A stretch of DNA of 62,823 nucleotides, filler included, from Klebsormidium nitens (taxonomy: Eukaryota > Plantae > Klebsormidiophyceae): NCBI GenBank assembly GCA_000708835.1. It is 6 parts of 6 records of this genome, joined end to end, with 100 filler letters (N's around TTAATTAATTAA, not from the genome) between each part and the next. Parts side by side here need not be neighbours in the genome. Positions count along the whole stretch, not along the records: positions 1 to 15,947 come from DF237999.1; positions 16,048 to 20,930 come from DF238467.1; positions 21,031 to 44,960 come from DF237607.1; 3 more parts are not named here. One strand, written 5' to 3'. This document shows, piece after piece, positions 11,009 to 21,985 of this stretch. Position numbers and translations under genes: made by a program. A model generated the notes under the pieces. That model was not told the origin of the DNA. It ran no database searches and was given only the letters and a program-made list of their open reading frames with translations. Each line of letters starts with the position of its first letter. Position 1 is the first letter of the stretch.

Positions 11009-12763
11009 CTAAAAGTTGAAGAAGGAGTTTGCAAGGTACTGTTTTGTGTAACCAGCTGGGTTCAGAGAAGGCATGTTAACCACTCCACTAGACATGTCCC
11101 CCAGCACCATCGAGTCTTGCTCACTGAACAGAAGCTTTCCGTTGTATCCGTAGATGCCTGGTGTGTAAGAACCGGTGACCTGCAAGCCTCCAGTCCCCAG
11201 TTGGATCACGTTCGTTCTCACCACACCGCCTACGCTGACGTCTTTTCCGGTCGTCAGGTTGCTGTTGACCACGAGCGAATTGGTCGAAGTATATACAGAG
11301 TTGTTCTGTATCTCGCCAGTCAGAAGGACGTTGCACAGACCTGTCAGGCTTTGATTCGAGTCGATCTGCACCGTCTTGTTGGTAACATTCGATCCGTTGG
11401 AAGTGGAAAAGAGCATTTTGAAGGAGGCAGGGTCTTGAATGAAGAGCGTCGTCTGATTACTTTGCAGGTTTTTGAGCACGATATTGGAACTATTTAAGGA
11501 AACGCCTGTTGTGGCATACGGGGATTGGAATGGGTTTGGATTCGAGGTCTGCTGAATCCAGGTGAAATTGCTCTGACTAATATTTAGATTGCAAGCAGTC
11601 ATGAGAAGGTAGTTGGAAGAGGTTAGATTGAGATTACATGAACTACTTAAGGAAAGAGGAGCACCTGCGTTCGAACCGTTAGAGGAATAAATCTGATTAG
11701 TGATATTACAGGCGGAGATGAATTGGGCTGAGATGTTGCTGGTACTCATACTTGTGCTGATGTTAACAGCGGCGTTAATGAGTAACGGTACATTTGAGAG
11801 TGTTGAAATACCGGCGCTGCCGACACTCACAGGTCCTAATTGGACGTTTGACGTCGAGAACTGATTCGATCCCATGGAAATCGCTAGAGGGTAGAGCGTC
11901 TCTGTTGTCATGTCGATCAGCAAATTAGACCCCGAAGTCGTGTTGTAAAGGGATCCGTTGTTAGTCGAAAAACCACCAGAGGGGATCCGGTAAACCTTTG
12001 ACAGGTCAGAAAGATATAAGTCATTTTTTACTCCAATGGAATAGTTGGAAGCGGCTAGAGGGCGTCGAAAGACTCGCTCCCAAGCGACATTTATGGCGTT
12101 AGAAGGCGTATCATTTGAGTCTCCTAACGAATCGTTTAAGGCATCTTTCAGATCACTTGGGATCTTCGGTTCTGGACTCACCAAATCTTTAAGAGAATTG
12201 TATAAATCATAACCCAAAGACGCTAGATCGAAAGCAGACTGAGCCAGATTGAAAAGATCCAGCCCGTTGTCTCCTTCTGGTATGTTTTTCAGTGAACTCC
12301 AATCAATTTTGGAATTTGAATCAATTATTGGTACGTTCGACCTGTCTAGAATCTGGGACAGAAAGTAAATATTACTGCTCAGGATCGTACTGGCGTCCAG
12401 ACAATTCGCAAGCACAGAAGACGCAAGAAGATTACTCGTGCAGGTCAGCGTGCTGGTCTGAATGTCACTTGCGTCGACAGTGCCACTCGCCAAGTTCTGG
12501 AGCACCAAGTTACTTCCAGAACCTGCTTGGAAGGTCAGGTTGGAAAAGGATGCATCGTGAGAAGACAAGACGGTCGTCTGGATGTTGCTAGAAACCAGGT
12601 TAGAAGAATATAGAAGGGTCGTCGCTGCCTGGTAAGACTCAGTAAAGACAAAATCGCTGTTGCAAGACGTGATATTGCTGGTGCTGACCACCCCGTGAAG
12701 GGCATCAACAGCCACTGTGTCTTCTAAATCCTCTAGATAGCCGCTGGCGACAAAGTAATCCAT
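11009..12763 (-). CDS. Second fibre/spike-like Ser/Asn-rich structural protein (584 aa)
   Basis: Many SN dipeptides, beta-strand repeat character; directly upstream of the giant fibre gene. Confidence 0.65.
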   Translation of the reverse strand: MDYFVASGYLEDLEDTVAVDALHGVVSTSNITSCNSDFVFTESYQAATTLLYSSNLVSSNIQTTVLSSHDASFSNLTFQAGSGSNLVLQNLASGTVDASDIQTSTLTCTSNLLASSVLANCLDASTILSSNIYFLSQILDRSNVPIIDSNSKIDWSSLKNIPEGDNGLDLFNLAQSAFDLASLGYDLYNSLKDLVSPEPKIPSDLKDALNDSLGDSNDTPSNAINVAWERVFRRPLAASNYSIGVKNDLYLSDLSKVYRIPSGGFSTNNGSLYNTTSGSNLLIDMTTETLYPLAISMGSNQFSTSNVQLGPVSVGSAGISTLSNVPLLINAAVNISTSMSTSNISAQFISACNITNQIYSSNGSNAGAPLSLSSSCNLNLTSSNYLLMTACNLNISQSNFTWIQQTSNPNPFQSPYATTGVSLNSSNIVLKNLQSNQTTLFIQDPASFKMLFSTSNGSNVTNKTVQIDSNQSLTGLCNVLLTGEIQNNSVYTSTNSLVVNSNLTTGKDVSVGGVVRTNVIQLGTGGLQVTGSYTPGIYGYNGKLLFSEQDSMVLGDMSSGVVNMPSLNPAGYTKQYLANSFFNF

Positions 12764-12777
12764 TCTTTATTATATGG

Positions 12778-13227
12778 TCATTTAAAAGTCAGGCTGATTG
12801 GCGTGTGTTGAAACTTCAAGCTTTTGTAAGGTATGCGCTTGACCACCTGGTCAGCTTTGGCGATGTAGAAATACTTCTTCTGTTTGCCGTAATAGGTAGT
12901 TTGAGTCCTTGCAATCATAAGTCCGTACACAGACGCCGCTGCTCGAAAGATGTGGATCGTGTCGACAATGGACAGTTCTTCTTTGAAATTCCACTCCCAG
13001 TCATGCTTTAGAAAGTGCTCGCGAAGTTCATCGGACATTTCCGCTATCTTTGCCTGGGTTCGATTCTTTCTCATGTCGTCTTCGAACATGCAGTGCATAA
13101 ACTTTCCATAGCGCTTGATCGGGAAGCAATCTGCGACCCTGTCAAACAGGTCTCTAGGGAAGTCTGGATTATCAGAATCCAGAAGGGTATCCATGGTTCT
13201 TTGTATCTCTTGATATACTAAGAACAT
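12778..13227 (-). CDS. Hypothetical viral protein (149 aa)
   Basis: Intact ORF filling the gap between neighbouring genes. Confidence 0.55.
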   Translation of the reverse strand: MFLVYQEIQRTMDTLLDSDNPDFPRDLFDRVADCFPIKRYGKFMHCMFEDDMRKNRTQAKIAEMSDELREHFLKHDWEWNFKEELSIVDTIHIFRAAASVYGLMIARTQTTYYGKQKKYFYIAKADQVVKRIPYKSLKFQHTPISLTFK

Positions 13228-13436
13228 AAAAAAATGAAGGATTTAAACCGCCAGATGTTGCTCGATCAGGCAATTAAGAACATTACCACTTTTTTGGGGT
13301 ACAGGGCGGAAGCCTCGTGTATATTTCAACACGACACAAATCCGTCGCAGTTAAGTACCAGACTGATAACTCTCCATTATGTCGCCTATAATCGAGCACA
13401 TTTGGCTCAGAAAAATGATTGGGTAGATGCTCAATA

Positions 13437-13721
13437 TTACCAAAGATATTTGTATGCCCAGTAGGACGCAGAGAGTGGATCACTGATTACCCGCTTTCCC
13501 TCCTTGTTTAAAACTTTTGAATGTCTCTCGAAGTACGCCCTCCGTTCCACCGGGTCTTTGTGATTCTGACTCTTAGGCAGCAAGCCGGTGCGATCGTAGT
13601 AGTGCTGATAAGAGGTCGCCCCAAAATGCAGAGTCCTCTGTTTTCCTTGGTAAGTAAACTCGACTTTGAGCTTCTTCCCAGGACTAGACGACCGTGAGAA
13701 GTGTATATTTGTTGGTCCCAT
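13437..13721 (-). CDS. DUF5754-like conserved small viral protein
   Basis: KKLKV...LHFGATSYQHY...HKDPVERRAYFERH...PLSASYWAYKYLW matches the pattern of this family of large and mid-size eukaryotic DNA viruses; likely start ATG 13721. Confidence 0.75.
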   Translation of the reverse strand: MGPTNIHFSRSSSPGKKLKVEFTYQGKQRTLHFGATSYQHYYDRTGLLPKSQNHKDPVERRAYFERHSKVLNKEGKRVISDPLSASYWAYKYLW

Positions 13722-13745
13722 TATAGAATAATAAGACAAAAAAAA

Positions 13746-14153
13746 TCAAAATTCATCATCCGAGTCCTCTACATACTCGTCATTGTCCGCTTGAAAGTTT
13801 TGGTAATCGTAATCCGATAAATAGTCGTCTTCCGAATCCGCAATAGACTCTGCATCAGAGTCAGAGTCATCATCCGATTCAACATAAGGAGTCCGTCTAA
13901 ATGTGTACCGCATGTCCTCAAGCACGTGGTCCATGCTATAACCAAGCTTTCTCTCGACTTTTGCAAGTTTGTACTCTTCCCCATCTAGTTCTTCGTTCGT
14001 TTGAACAAAGCGGTGCCAATCGGAGTTATCCTTAGAGTAATCCATGTAAATTAGCATACAATCTAGCTTGTGTGCCTGACGCCGCTTGAATCTTGTCAAG
14101 ATATCCTCAAAAAGGTCGCGCGGCAGGGCGTTATAGACGGTCTTGATATCCAT
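13746..14153 (-). CDS. Hypothetical protein with F-box-like N-terminus and acidic tail
   Basis: NALPRDLFEDILTRF; C-terminal third is Asp/Glu-rich. Confidence 0.6.
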   Translation of the reverse strand: MDIKTVYNALPRDLFEDILTRFKRRQAHKLDCMLIYMDYSKDNSDWHRFVQTNEELDGEEYKLAKVERKLGYSMDHVLEDMRYTFRRTPYVESDDDSDSDAESIADSEDDYLSDYDYQNFQADNDEYVEDSDDEF

Positions 14154-14202
14154 GATTTTTGCTGATATTGCTCGGGTTGCTTGAATATTCGGGGAGTCCT
14201 GG

Positions 14203-14221
14203 AAAATTCAATTTTTTTTTT
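14203..14221 (-). promoter_or_regulatory. A10-TTGAATTTT motif containing AAAATTGA (giant-virus early-promoter-like)
   Basis: AAAATTGA on the minus strand at 14208-14215, about 55 nt upstream of ATG 14153; an identical 19-mer lies at 15783-15801. Confidence 0.5.
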
Positions 14222-14349
14222 GGCGTACCACTCTGACTCTGTAACCAGTCTTGCCTTTAAATAGTTTTCATTTTTGTTCAAAATTGGAATTCATATAATA
14301 CCTGAAAAACTTTTGAAATTTACCAAGGCAAACGCGAGTGCTTTCGTAA

Positions 14350-14796
14350 ATGGCTAAATCCCAGTCGATGGACGACCTCGTTTCATGCATAAGGCAGCAG
14401 ATGGAGTTCGGTACTGAACCTGATCCCGTTATCGACGATCTAGACAGACTCGTGTCAAGTTACGTGCCTATTCGGAAGAAAGAGCTGGATCTCCGTCAGA
14501 GATTGACTCCAATCACCGCGAGCGCGCGCGCAATTCAAAAGAAGGTCGAACAGTATCTGAGTGCACACGACATCAAACGTCAGCATATCGTGGTACGGAC
14601 TGAAGACGACAAAGAAGTGGCAGCCCAGTTCAAATATACGCCGGCAACTCCGATGAAGAGTCTGATTATTGAACGATTTATCCAAATTTTGAATGACGCG
14701 GGCGTTACGGATTATGCAGATGTGATAGCAGAGCAATTGTGGCGTGCAACAAAGAAAGTAGATGAGTCACGCATGACTTTAACGATATCCATTTGA
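14350..14796 (+). CDS. Hypothetical coiled-coil viral protein, weak resemblance to the DUF5760-like family
   Basis: DLDRLVSSYVPIRKKELDLRQRL...IQKKVEQYLSAHDI helical pattern; family call is tentative. Confidence 0.55.
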   Translation: MAKSQSMDDLVSCIRQQMEFGTEPDPVIDDLDRLVSSYVPIRKKELDLRQRLTPITASARAIQKKVEQYLSAHDIKRQHIVVRTEDDKEVAAQFKYTPATPMKSLIIERFIQILNDAGVTDYADVIAEQLWRATKKVDESRMTLTISI

Positions 14797-14842
14797 TGCC
14801 ATAAGCGGCTAATCTATGCCGTTTTTAATATTTGATATACAA

Positions 14843-15442
14843 ATGAGTTTGACATTTGAGCAGGTCGAGCAGGCTCTTCCGTACGACGTTTACGAAATAA
14901 TAGTCAAAAAACGGCTGGAAACCGAAATTCGGCTAAATCCCATGATAGCACTTCTCGATAAAGACGTGATTAATGGCTTTGATAAAGTGCTGATATTGAA
15001 AATGCTTGAAAGTAAGGCTATGACCATGGAGTGTTTTTCCGACATGCTCAAAGTTCTTGAAAAAATCAAAAATCAAGACGAAAACAAGTATAGGTACTTT
15101 CAGTATTTGGTAAAACATTCATTGCTGTATAAAAGGTTGCAATTTTTTAGGGGGTGGCATTCTAAAATCATGAAAGAATTGACGGACGACGAATTCCACT
15201 CGCTTCCGCTGTTTTTTGCAAATATTACATCGTACGGTCATACGTCAATGAGCCCCGTTCGGTTAGCATCTGCATACAGGGATTTGAATTTGGTGTATAA
15301 CGATAGGTGCGACTACAATTTTTCATTGGACAAAGGAACTCCACTGTATGATGCATTCCAGAAAATTTTTAGCAAATTAGGACCACCCCGCATCCAAAAG
15401 TACCTATTTCGACCAACGGTATCAATAACGCCCCGTTTGTAA
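14843..15442 (+). CDS. Hypothetical protein with F-box-like N-terminus
   Basis: MSLTFEQVEQALPYDVYEIIVKKRL; likely start ATG 14843. Confidence 0.55.
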   Translation: MSLTFEQVEQALPYDVYEIIVKKRLETEIRLNPMIALLDKDVINGFDKVLILKMLESKAMTMECFSDMLKVLEKIKNQDENKYRYFQYLVKHSLLYKRLQFFRGWHSKIMKELTDDEFHSLPLFFANITSYGHTSMSPVRLASAYRDLNLVYNDRCDYNFSLDKGTPLYDAFQKIFSKLGPPRIQKYLFRPTVSITPRL

Positions 15443-15551
15443 AGCATCCGCATTTTGTAAAAGACAGGTAAAAGGCAAAGGAGTATTTAATGTAATATAA
15501 TGTATTATTTCTTATTATTTTTGTGTAAGTGGGGAGAGAGAAGTGGGGAGC

Positions 15552-15643
15552 GGGGAGGGCGGGGAGGGCATATTTATAAAAAATATTTCGGAAGGGGGTG
15601 AATGATTAAATAAATTTGAAAAAATGCCCTCCCCGCCCTCCCC
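15552..15643. repeat. Perfect 20-bp GC-rich inverted repeat with a 52-bp AT-rich spacer
   Basis: GGGGAGGGCGGGGAGGGCAT (15552-15571) and ATGCCCTCCCCGCCCTCCCC (15624-15643). Confidence 0.9.
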
Positions 15644-15782
15644 ACTCGGGAATGGTCTCCCCGAATATGAGAACTAAATCGAAGGTTTCTGAAAAGTTTA
15701 GCGGGGATCTGCGCGGGTCGGTAATGGAAGTGGGAATGAAGACCATTACCACACAGGGGTTCTGCGTGATCCCGATCTAGTT

Positions 15783-15801
15783 AAAAAAAAAATTGAATTT
15801 T
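15783..15801 (+). promoter_or_regulatory. Second A10-TTGAATTTT (AAAATTGA) motif
   Basis: Exact inverted copy of 14203-14221; any downstream gene would be lost in the scaffold break. Confidence 0.4.
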
Positions 15802-15947
15802 GCAAAGGGTGGATGGGTGGGCACGGTTATTTCATGACGAAAAACAATATTGCACCCGTAAAGACTTAATTAAAACTTTTATAATTCATGGATAATTAGC
15901 AGTAATTCTATCCCCTATTTTTTCGCGGGAGGTCTCACGATATTTGT

Positions 15948-16047
15948 NNNNNNNNNNNNNNNNNNNNNNNNNNNNNNNNNNNNNNNNNNNNTTAATTAAT
16001 TAANNNNNNNNNNNNNNNNNNNNNNNNNNNNNNNNNNNNNNNNNNNN
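15948..16047. other. Artificial scaffold linker
   Basis: 100 nt: N run, TTAATTAATTAA (stops in all six frames), N run. Confidence 0.97.
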
Positions 16048-19000
16048 CCCGTATCTCAACAATAAGGTCAATGATTAGACTGGCGTGTCACGGATTGTCA
16101 AAGTAATGTAGCGAGCTGCATGAGCGAGTCACATGCAACCGGAAACGAACAGCAGGCACGAAACCGGAACGGAGCCGAAACAGAATACAACCTGGAACAC
16201 GTCCATTCAAACACGTAAAAGACATAATCCGATCGGTATAGGATATTCACTAAAAGCAATAAGATACTAAGCCGAGGTCGGTGCATAATGTTTCTACAAA
16301 CGACTCGTCACAGCATGAGTGAATGATTTCAACGACGTGAATCGGTTGTTTCTCTTCTTCAGCGACTCCATGAGGGTCTTTGGCTCCTTTTTGATGAGCT
16401 TGAGCTTCAACAGGTGTAGTTTGCATGTCAGGCTCGTAAATACACATGTTAGCACCCGACAAGATTGTCGGAATTGTCAGAGGATTGAAGAGCAAGTTTT
16501 GATTTTGCTAGCAATCAGTGCCGGCCTGTGTTGAGCAAAGAACGTACTTGCATCATGTTCACTATTGCTAGCGACGAAACCAATAGATTTTGAGCGGGCT
16601 CTTACTTTTTGGGACAACGAGACACTCGTGCGATCTTCCCTTGTTGTGCCAACGGTAGATCGTTCCACCACCGGCTGGCTCTAAAGGTGCCCGCTTGCTT
16701 CCGCAAGCGACAGTCACACAGTCGGGAGAAAAACGACCGAGCGGTATCTCAGTGGAGCGGTGCGCTTCAAAGCTACTAACAATTGACAATTGGCGCGAAT
16801 AGTTGCCTTCTACCAGCGGCAAAACTATATTAGACCATCCTATGCAACCTCTTGCGTGCTAGATCCATTTAAAATGCATTCAACAATATCTTAAGTTGTG
16901 TCCGCCCTCATTTATGACTGACGTGCAACGACACCAAGATCCCTTCTAGCATTGTCACCTGTTAAATTTTATTGTCTAATTGCTTTTGCAACGCCAAAAT
17001 GATATGTTGCATCAAGAAAAAGTAGAATGTATTTCAAACGATCTATACAACGGTCATCCGAGGATCATCCAAACTTTCTTTCACCAAGTGTAAGGATTGA
17101 ACTCGCAATCTTTGATAAATTGCGATTTGGTATATTAGAAACGTGACTGGAAGCAACCTTGTCCCCAAACTTTCTCACAACATTATGCGACTTGCATTTC
17201 GTTTGTAACCGTTTAACTGACGATAAATATACGAGTATTTACTTTTCCGATACTTGCGTGTGAAAAGCTCCACACTCGTTTTCATCCTTTGTAAGAGCTT
17301 AGCTCCTCTCTCAAAGCAGTGCTTCAATTGCTCATTTATTGAGCGTCTTGATGGTCCTTCGGATCTCCATGAAGCTCTCCAAGTGCGATTTGTGGTGTTT
17401 TGAAATCGTTCACTCATGCTAGGGCCTAAACACCCTTACACATAAGCGCTTTCACAAAAAAGCGCCTTCTGTTCTTCAAGCACCTCCTGGAATGAAAACC
17501 ATCACATGACATTAGTCGAAGGTCACTCCAATCCCGTAGCTAGATGTGTTAGAATTCGGTGATCATAGTCAGGCGAATCACCGTGTGTCGGGGTTCGACC
17601 CGAGTCAGGGTTTGAAGTAGTGAACGCCGTCGTTCGTACGGCGGTTAGGCAGATAAAGCGTTCGGCGGTTTGGAGGTTAGGCGGTTGGGAGCAGCCATCA
17701 GTCTTAGCCGTAGATGAGGATATCGAAGGCTACGATTGAGTGTGGGTGTGAGCTACCTAGTGAGCCTAGTAGTGTGTGACTTAGGCAAGTGATCCTAGTA
17801 GGCTAGTGAGCCTAGTGGAACGGGAGAGACCCATAAGACTTATAGTGGTGGAAACTGTTATGTGATACATCATTTCAAGAGAAGCTTGTTGAGAGAAGGA
17901 AGCCTTTTGTGAGGCGCTTCGTGTGTTCCTCTTAGAATGCATGGCTGCCATCAATGAGTGATGAGCATGGGTGCCGGACAACACGATAAGACCCGATGCC
18001 GAGTACCTCAATTACACTACGACTCCCTACCATGAGTTTCAACAAGATGTACTCTAGCCTAGGTCGGGTCTGCTTCCACCACCCACTAGTCTCTTCAATC
18101 ACATGCTTATTTGCCTCGGAGGGGCACCCGGGCTTGCCTCTACAGGGGGAAACCGCACTTCTTTTCCCCCGGCAGTTTTCTCACTGGCAGCATACACTGC
18201 CAGACCTACCTACTTTCAATCCAAGACAGGCGGAGTTCCCGAGGTTTTCTATGCTCGATGTTTCGAGGAACTTGCAAATTTTGGGATATATTTGGAAAGT
18301 CTTCCTCATAACATATACAGAAGTACCATAATGTATACCACTACGGTACCACTCAAGGATACTGTTTAATCCAACATCTTTCGTCCGACCAGGAGTTGCA
18401 ACTTTGTGCGATGAAAAAGAGGGTGATCGAGAGAAGCACTGATGTCAGGCTTCCCCAATAGCATTACTTATATCAAATTACGAGGTTCTTGGATTAGGGT
18501 ACCTGTCAGATATTTGATTGCGACGTGGCACTCTCTCAACCGTCGATTAGTACAAGGATGACGTTCCTATTGTCGGGTGCAACGCGGCCGGCTTCGATGA
18601 TAATCCACACATCTGCTCCGCTCTGCGGAGCGGTCCAAAAGCTGTGGCACAACGTGAGTGTAGATTGTTTCGGTGTTACTGTACGTTTTCGCATCGAGTC
18701 GCTGTTGAATGCCTTCGACTGGTCTCCCCACTAAGCGCACATGACGTCGTACAGTTTCAAGAGGCATGAAGTTTATAACTTGCCCTTTTTACTACGTAAA
18801 ACAAGAGGCAATCCAATATGGACTCCTTTCCATCAAGGTCACTCTTGTTGAAAGCAACCGCCTTTCAAGTTCACAACTACTAGAAATGAGTATCCATTAC
18901 ATGGCAATGTCCAAGGCATTCCACATCCGTGGGTAGGTGTACCCTAGCCTTACTAGCCTAGTCCACCTCTACCCGGCACTAGTCGGTTCAAGTATATGAA

Positions 19001-19357
19001 GTCCTATCCAAGTGACCGGGTCACTATATGACAGCACTCGGGTCACTATACGACTCGCTATATGGGCTAAGTACCACTCGGACTTGTGGTCGGTAGTACT
19101 ACACCGAGGTGGTCGGTAGTATTGTACTACTAGGTCGGGGCTACTACACGCTAGTGGTCGGGGCTCCTAAATCACTCGAGTCGACTCACGATCGGACGGT
19201 CGACATTGCGTGAATAATGCACCAAATAACTTGCCATCCTACGGTCGATACTCGGCCAACCGAAGCCTCAATCGACGACTACGAATTGTCTAGGATATTA
19301 GGGCGTACTCACTCAAGTAACGCCCGAATCTCAACACTACCCCACGCACTAAGTATC

Positions 19358-20930
19358 CTACGCAATCCCTATCTCGCTCTCGCACTTCGGGGACTTCCCC
19401 GGTGCCAGCGCCTTGGTCAGGATGTCCACCTTCATTCCCTCCGTCGGGCAGTATGCAAACTTGACCTCCTTCTGTGCCACTCTCTCACGCGCAAAGTGAT
19501 AAATCACGTCAATGTGCTGCGACGCGATCGGATGCTTCGGGAGCCGTATTGCTCCTTGGTAGTTGCTGAAGATTCGACCGTGCTCAGGTCCATCCCCAAG
19601 TCTCCCGCCAACTTGCGAAACCACAACGCCTCCTTCACTGCCTGCCCCGCACTCATATACTCCGCCGCCATCGTCGATGCCGCCACTGTCGGCTGAAGAC
19701 AGTTCGACCAACTCACCGCTCCCCCGTACATGAGGGAGACGTACCCGGTTGTGGAACGCCTCGTATCAACGTCCCCCGCAAAGTCCGCGTCGCAAAATGC
19801 CTTAAGGACCTCACCGCTTCCCCCAAAGGTGATCCCGTCCTCCTCGATCCCCGCCAAGTAGCGCACGACCCCCAGAGCCGCCGCCCAATGTGCCTCCGTA
19901 GGCGCGCTTGTGTAGAGCGCCAATGCCCCCACGGCCTGAGCAATGTCAGGCCGCGTGCACACACTCAAGTAGAGCAAGCTCCCAATGAGCTCGCTATAGT
20001 GAACTCTCGCGGTGTTAAGCGGCTCACCCTCTCTCGTCAACTTCTCCCTCGCACCACGGGGGACCGAGCGCGCCCTTGCGCGCGCCAATCCGTGTCGCGC
20101 AACAAGCTCTTCGGTAAGCTTCTTTTGGGTGAGCTTCAAATTTCGCGCCACCCGATCGCGCGCCAACTCCATTGCGAGGAAGTACGTCGCCTCCCCAAGT
20201 CCCGCACATCGAACTTGTCCGCCAAGTGCGCTTTCACCTTCGCAATCCGCTCCACCCTCCAGGCCGCCACGAGGATGTCGTCGACCCAAACGATAAGGTA
20301 AATCCGCTCCCCGTGCACCACTTCCACAAAGAGCACCGCATCCGCAAAGATTGCCACGAACTCAAAGTTCCCGAGCTCCTCCTTCAACCACGTGTGCCGC
20401 GCACGCGGCGCTTGGCGCAACCCGTACAGATGCCCTTGAGGTGGCAAACCACGTTGGGCCCGCCTTGCTCGTACCCCTCCGGTTGCTTCATGCAGATCTC
20501 CTCCTCGAGCTCACCGTTGAGGAACGCCGTCTTGACGTCCACTTGGTGCAACTCCAAGTTCCGATCCACAACCACCGCTAGGAGCGCCCGCAAAGTCGTG
20601 TGCTTGCTCACTGGGGCGTAGACTTCCTCGAAGTCAATTTCTTACTTTTGCAAGTACCTTTTCGCCACCACCCGAGACTCATACCGCTTCACGTTCCCAG
20701 CGGCATCCTGCTTAATCTTGTAAACCCACTTCAAGGGAACCGGCTTCACCTCTTCCGGGTTTTCGACGAGCTCCCACGTCCCGTTCTCCAACACGGACCG
20801 CATCTCTTTGTCCATCGAGGTCCGCCAAAGCTCACTCTCTTCTCCCTCTACGGCTTCCTAATAGGTTTGCGGCACCGGATGCTCCCCGACCCCTCGGGGT
20901 GCTCCCCCATTTCCGCCGCCAAATTCGCCC
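19358..20930 (-). mobile_element. Ty1/copia LTR retrotransposon, degraded RT-RNase H region
   Basis: [39 protein letters not shown]...TRPDI, FCDADFAGD...RRSTTGY, HIDVIYHFARE; several frameshifts. A purine-rich tract then TGTTGA at 19336-19331 likely marks the start of the 3' LTR. Confidence 0.95.
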
Positions 20931-21030
20931 NNNNNNNNNNNNNNNNNNNNNNNNNNNNNNNNNNNNNNNNNNNNTTAATTAATTAANNNNNNNNNNNNNN
21001 NNNNNNNNNNNNNNNNNNNNNNNNNNNNNN
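20931..21030. other. Artificial scaffold linker
   Basis: 100 nt N/TTAATTAATTAA/N. Confidence 0.97.
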
Positions 21031-21453
21031 ATGCGCGGCGCCCAATTCAGTAGCGATCCAAAGCTTGTGTCATTCCTTTGGAACAAGAATGCTGCCGGGG
21101 TTCCCTACTGGAACGCACAAGGGGGCAACTTTCGGATCGAGCGGCGGCTGCGATCGGGAGTCGACGTGTCATTCACCTTTGCTATCCAGGAGGATTTTTC
21201 GCTGGTCGTTTTACGAAGTATCGCGGCAGGACCGCTCGAACCTTGCATCGGCTTTGCCCCCGCAGAAGATGATGATGATGAACCGGATACGACACTGGTA
21301 TGATAGTAGAAGCTCAATCAAAGAATTTCTGTGTGGATTGTACTGTGACCACTTCTGAGAACATCTCATCACACGCATGTTCAACCCGAGGGAGGACGGC
21401 CGACCCACTGCGCACCAACCTCAACCTCGTGATACTTTCTGAGCCAATACTAT

Positions 21454-21948
21454 ATGAACCGATCAAAGCGCTTTGCACTCATACGTGAAGCCATGGATAT
21501 GCTGTCCTTCACGGATGCCGCCGTCAACGTCCGGGTTGTGTACCGAGCAAGGAATGGTAACATCTAGGACAGGCTGGAAATATCACGTCTCGAAGGACGC
21601 AGCATGTACCGTGTAGTAAGTCGGTCCACTGGTGCATCTGTGATCCATTCAGGGGTGTCCAGCCAAGTGATGCAAGACCTTCGGGCTCTCATCGATCGCA
21701 ACTTCGACATCACTTGGATCTCGATAGTGGGTTGGGGCCGGTATCATGGACACGAGGATGGTGCATGGCAGGATGTGATTCTTTACCCGGGCGAAGGACG
21801 TGTGCCCCTACCACAGCGTAGATTGAGGATTGATGCCTGGAGCAACATAGAAAACAGCCAATACAACCTCCCCGGCATCCCTTGGAGAGGAGCATCGAAT
21901 GTAAACGAAAACGAGAGCGATAATGATTTGGGAAACAATAACGAGTAA
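21454..21948 (+). pseudogene. Orphan intronless gene, copy 1, with premature TAG at 21565
   Basis: MNRSKRFALIREAMDMLSFTDA...GNI*DRLEI aligns with copy 2 (GNNWDHLEI); the stop sits at the Trp codon. Confidence 0.75.
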
Positions 21949-21985
21949 AGGGATGACGCAAAGTTTTGTTGTTCTTTATAAACAA

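Larger units (their letters stand above)
1..15947. mobile_element. Polinton-like virus (PLV; Preplasmiviricota), partial, probably endogenous and mildly decayed
   Basis: Compact intronless gene array with PLV-type major capsid, penton-like minor capsids, A32-like ATPase, fibre genes and a DUF5754-like gene. No DNA polymerase, primase-helicase, integrase or terminal repeats are visible in the window. Confidence 0.88.

Noticed and set aside
17588-17603. tRNA T-arm/B-box-like GGTTCGACCC hairpin
   Set aside because: No acceptor, D or anticodon arms can be built around it.
16098-19330. Short ORFs and CTAG/GGTC-rich degenerate repeats as genes or a transposase
   Set aside because: No convincing motifs; probably LTR and other decayed repeat sequence. 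The LTR far end could not be placed.
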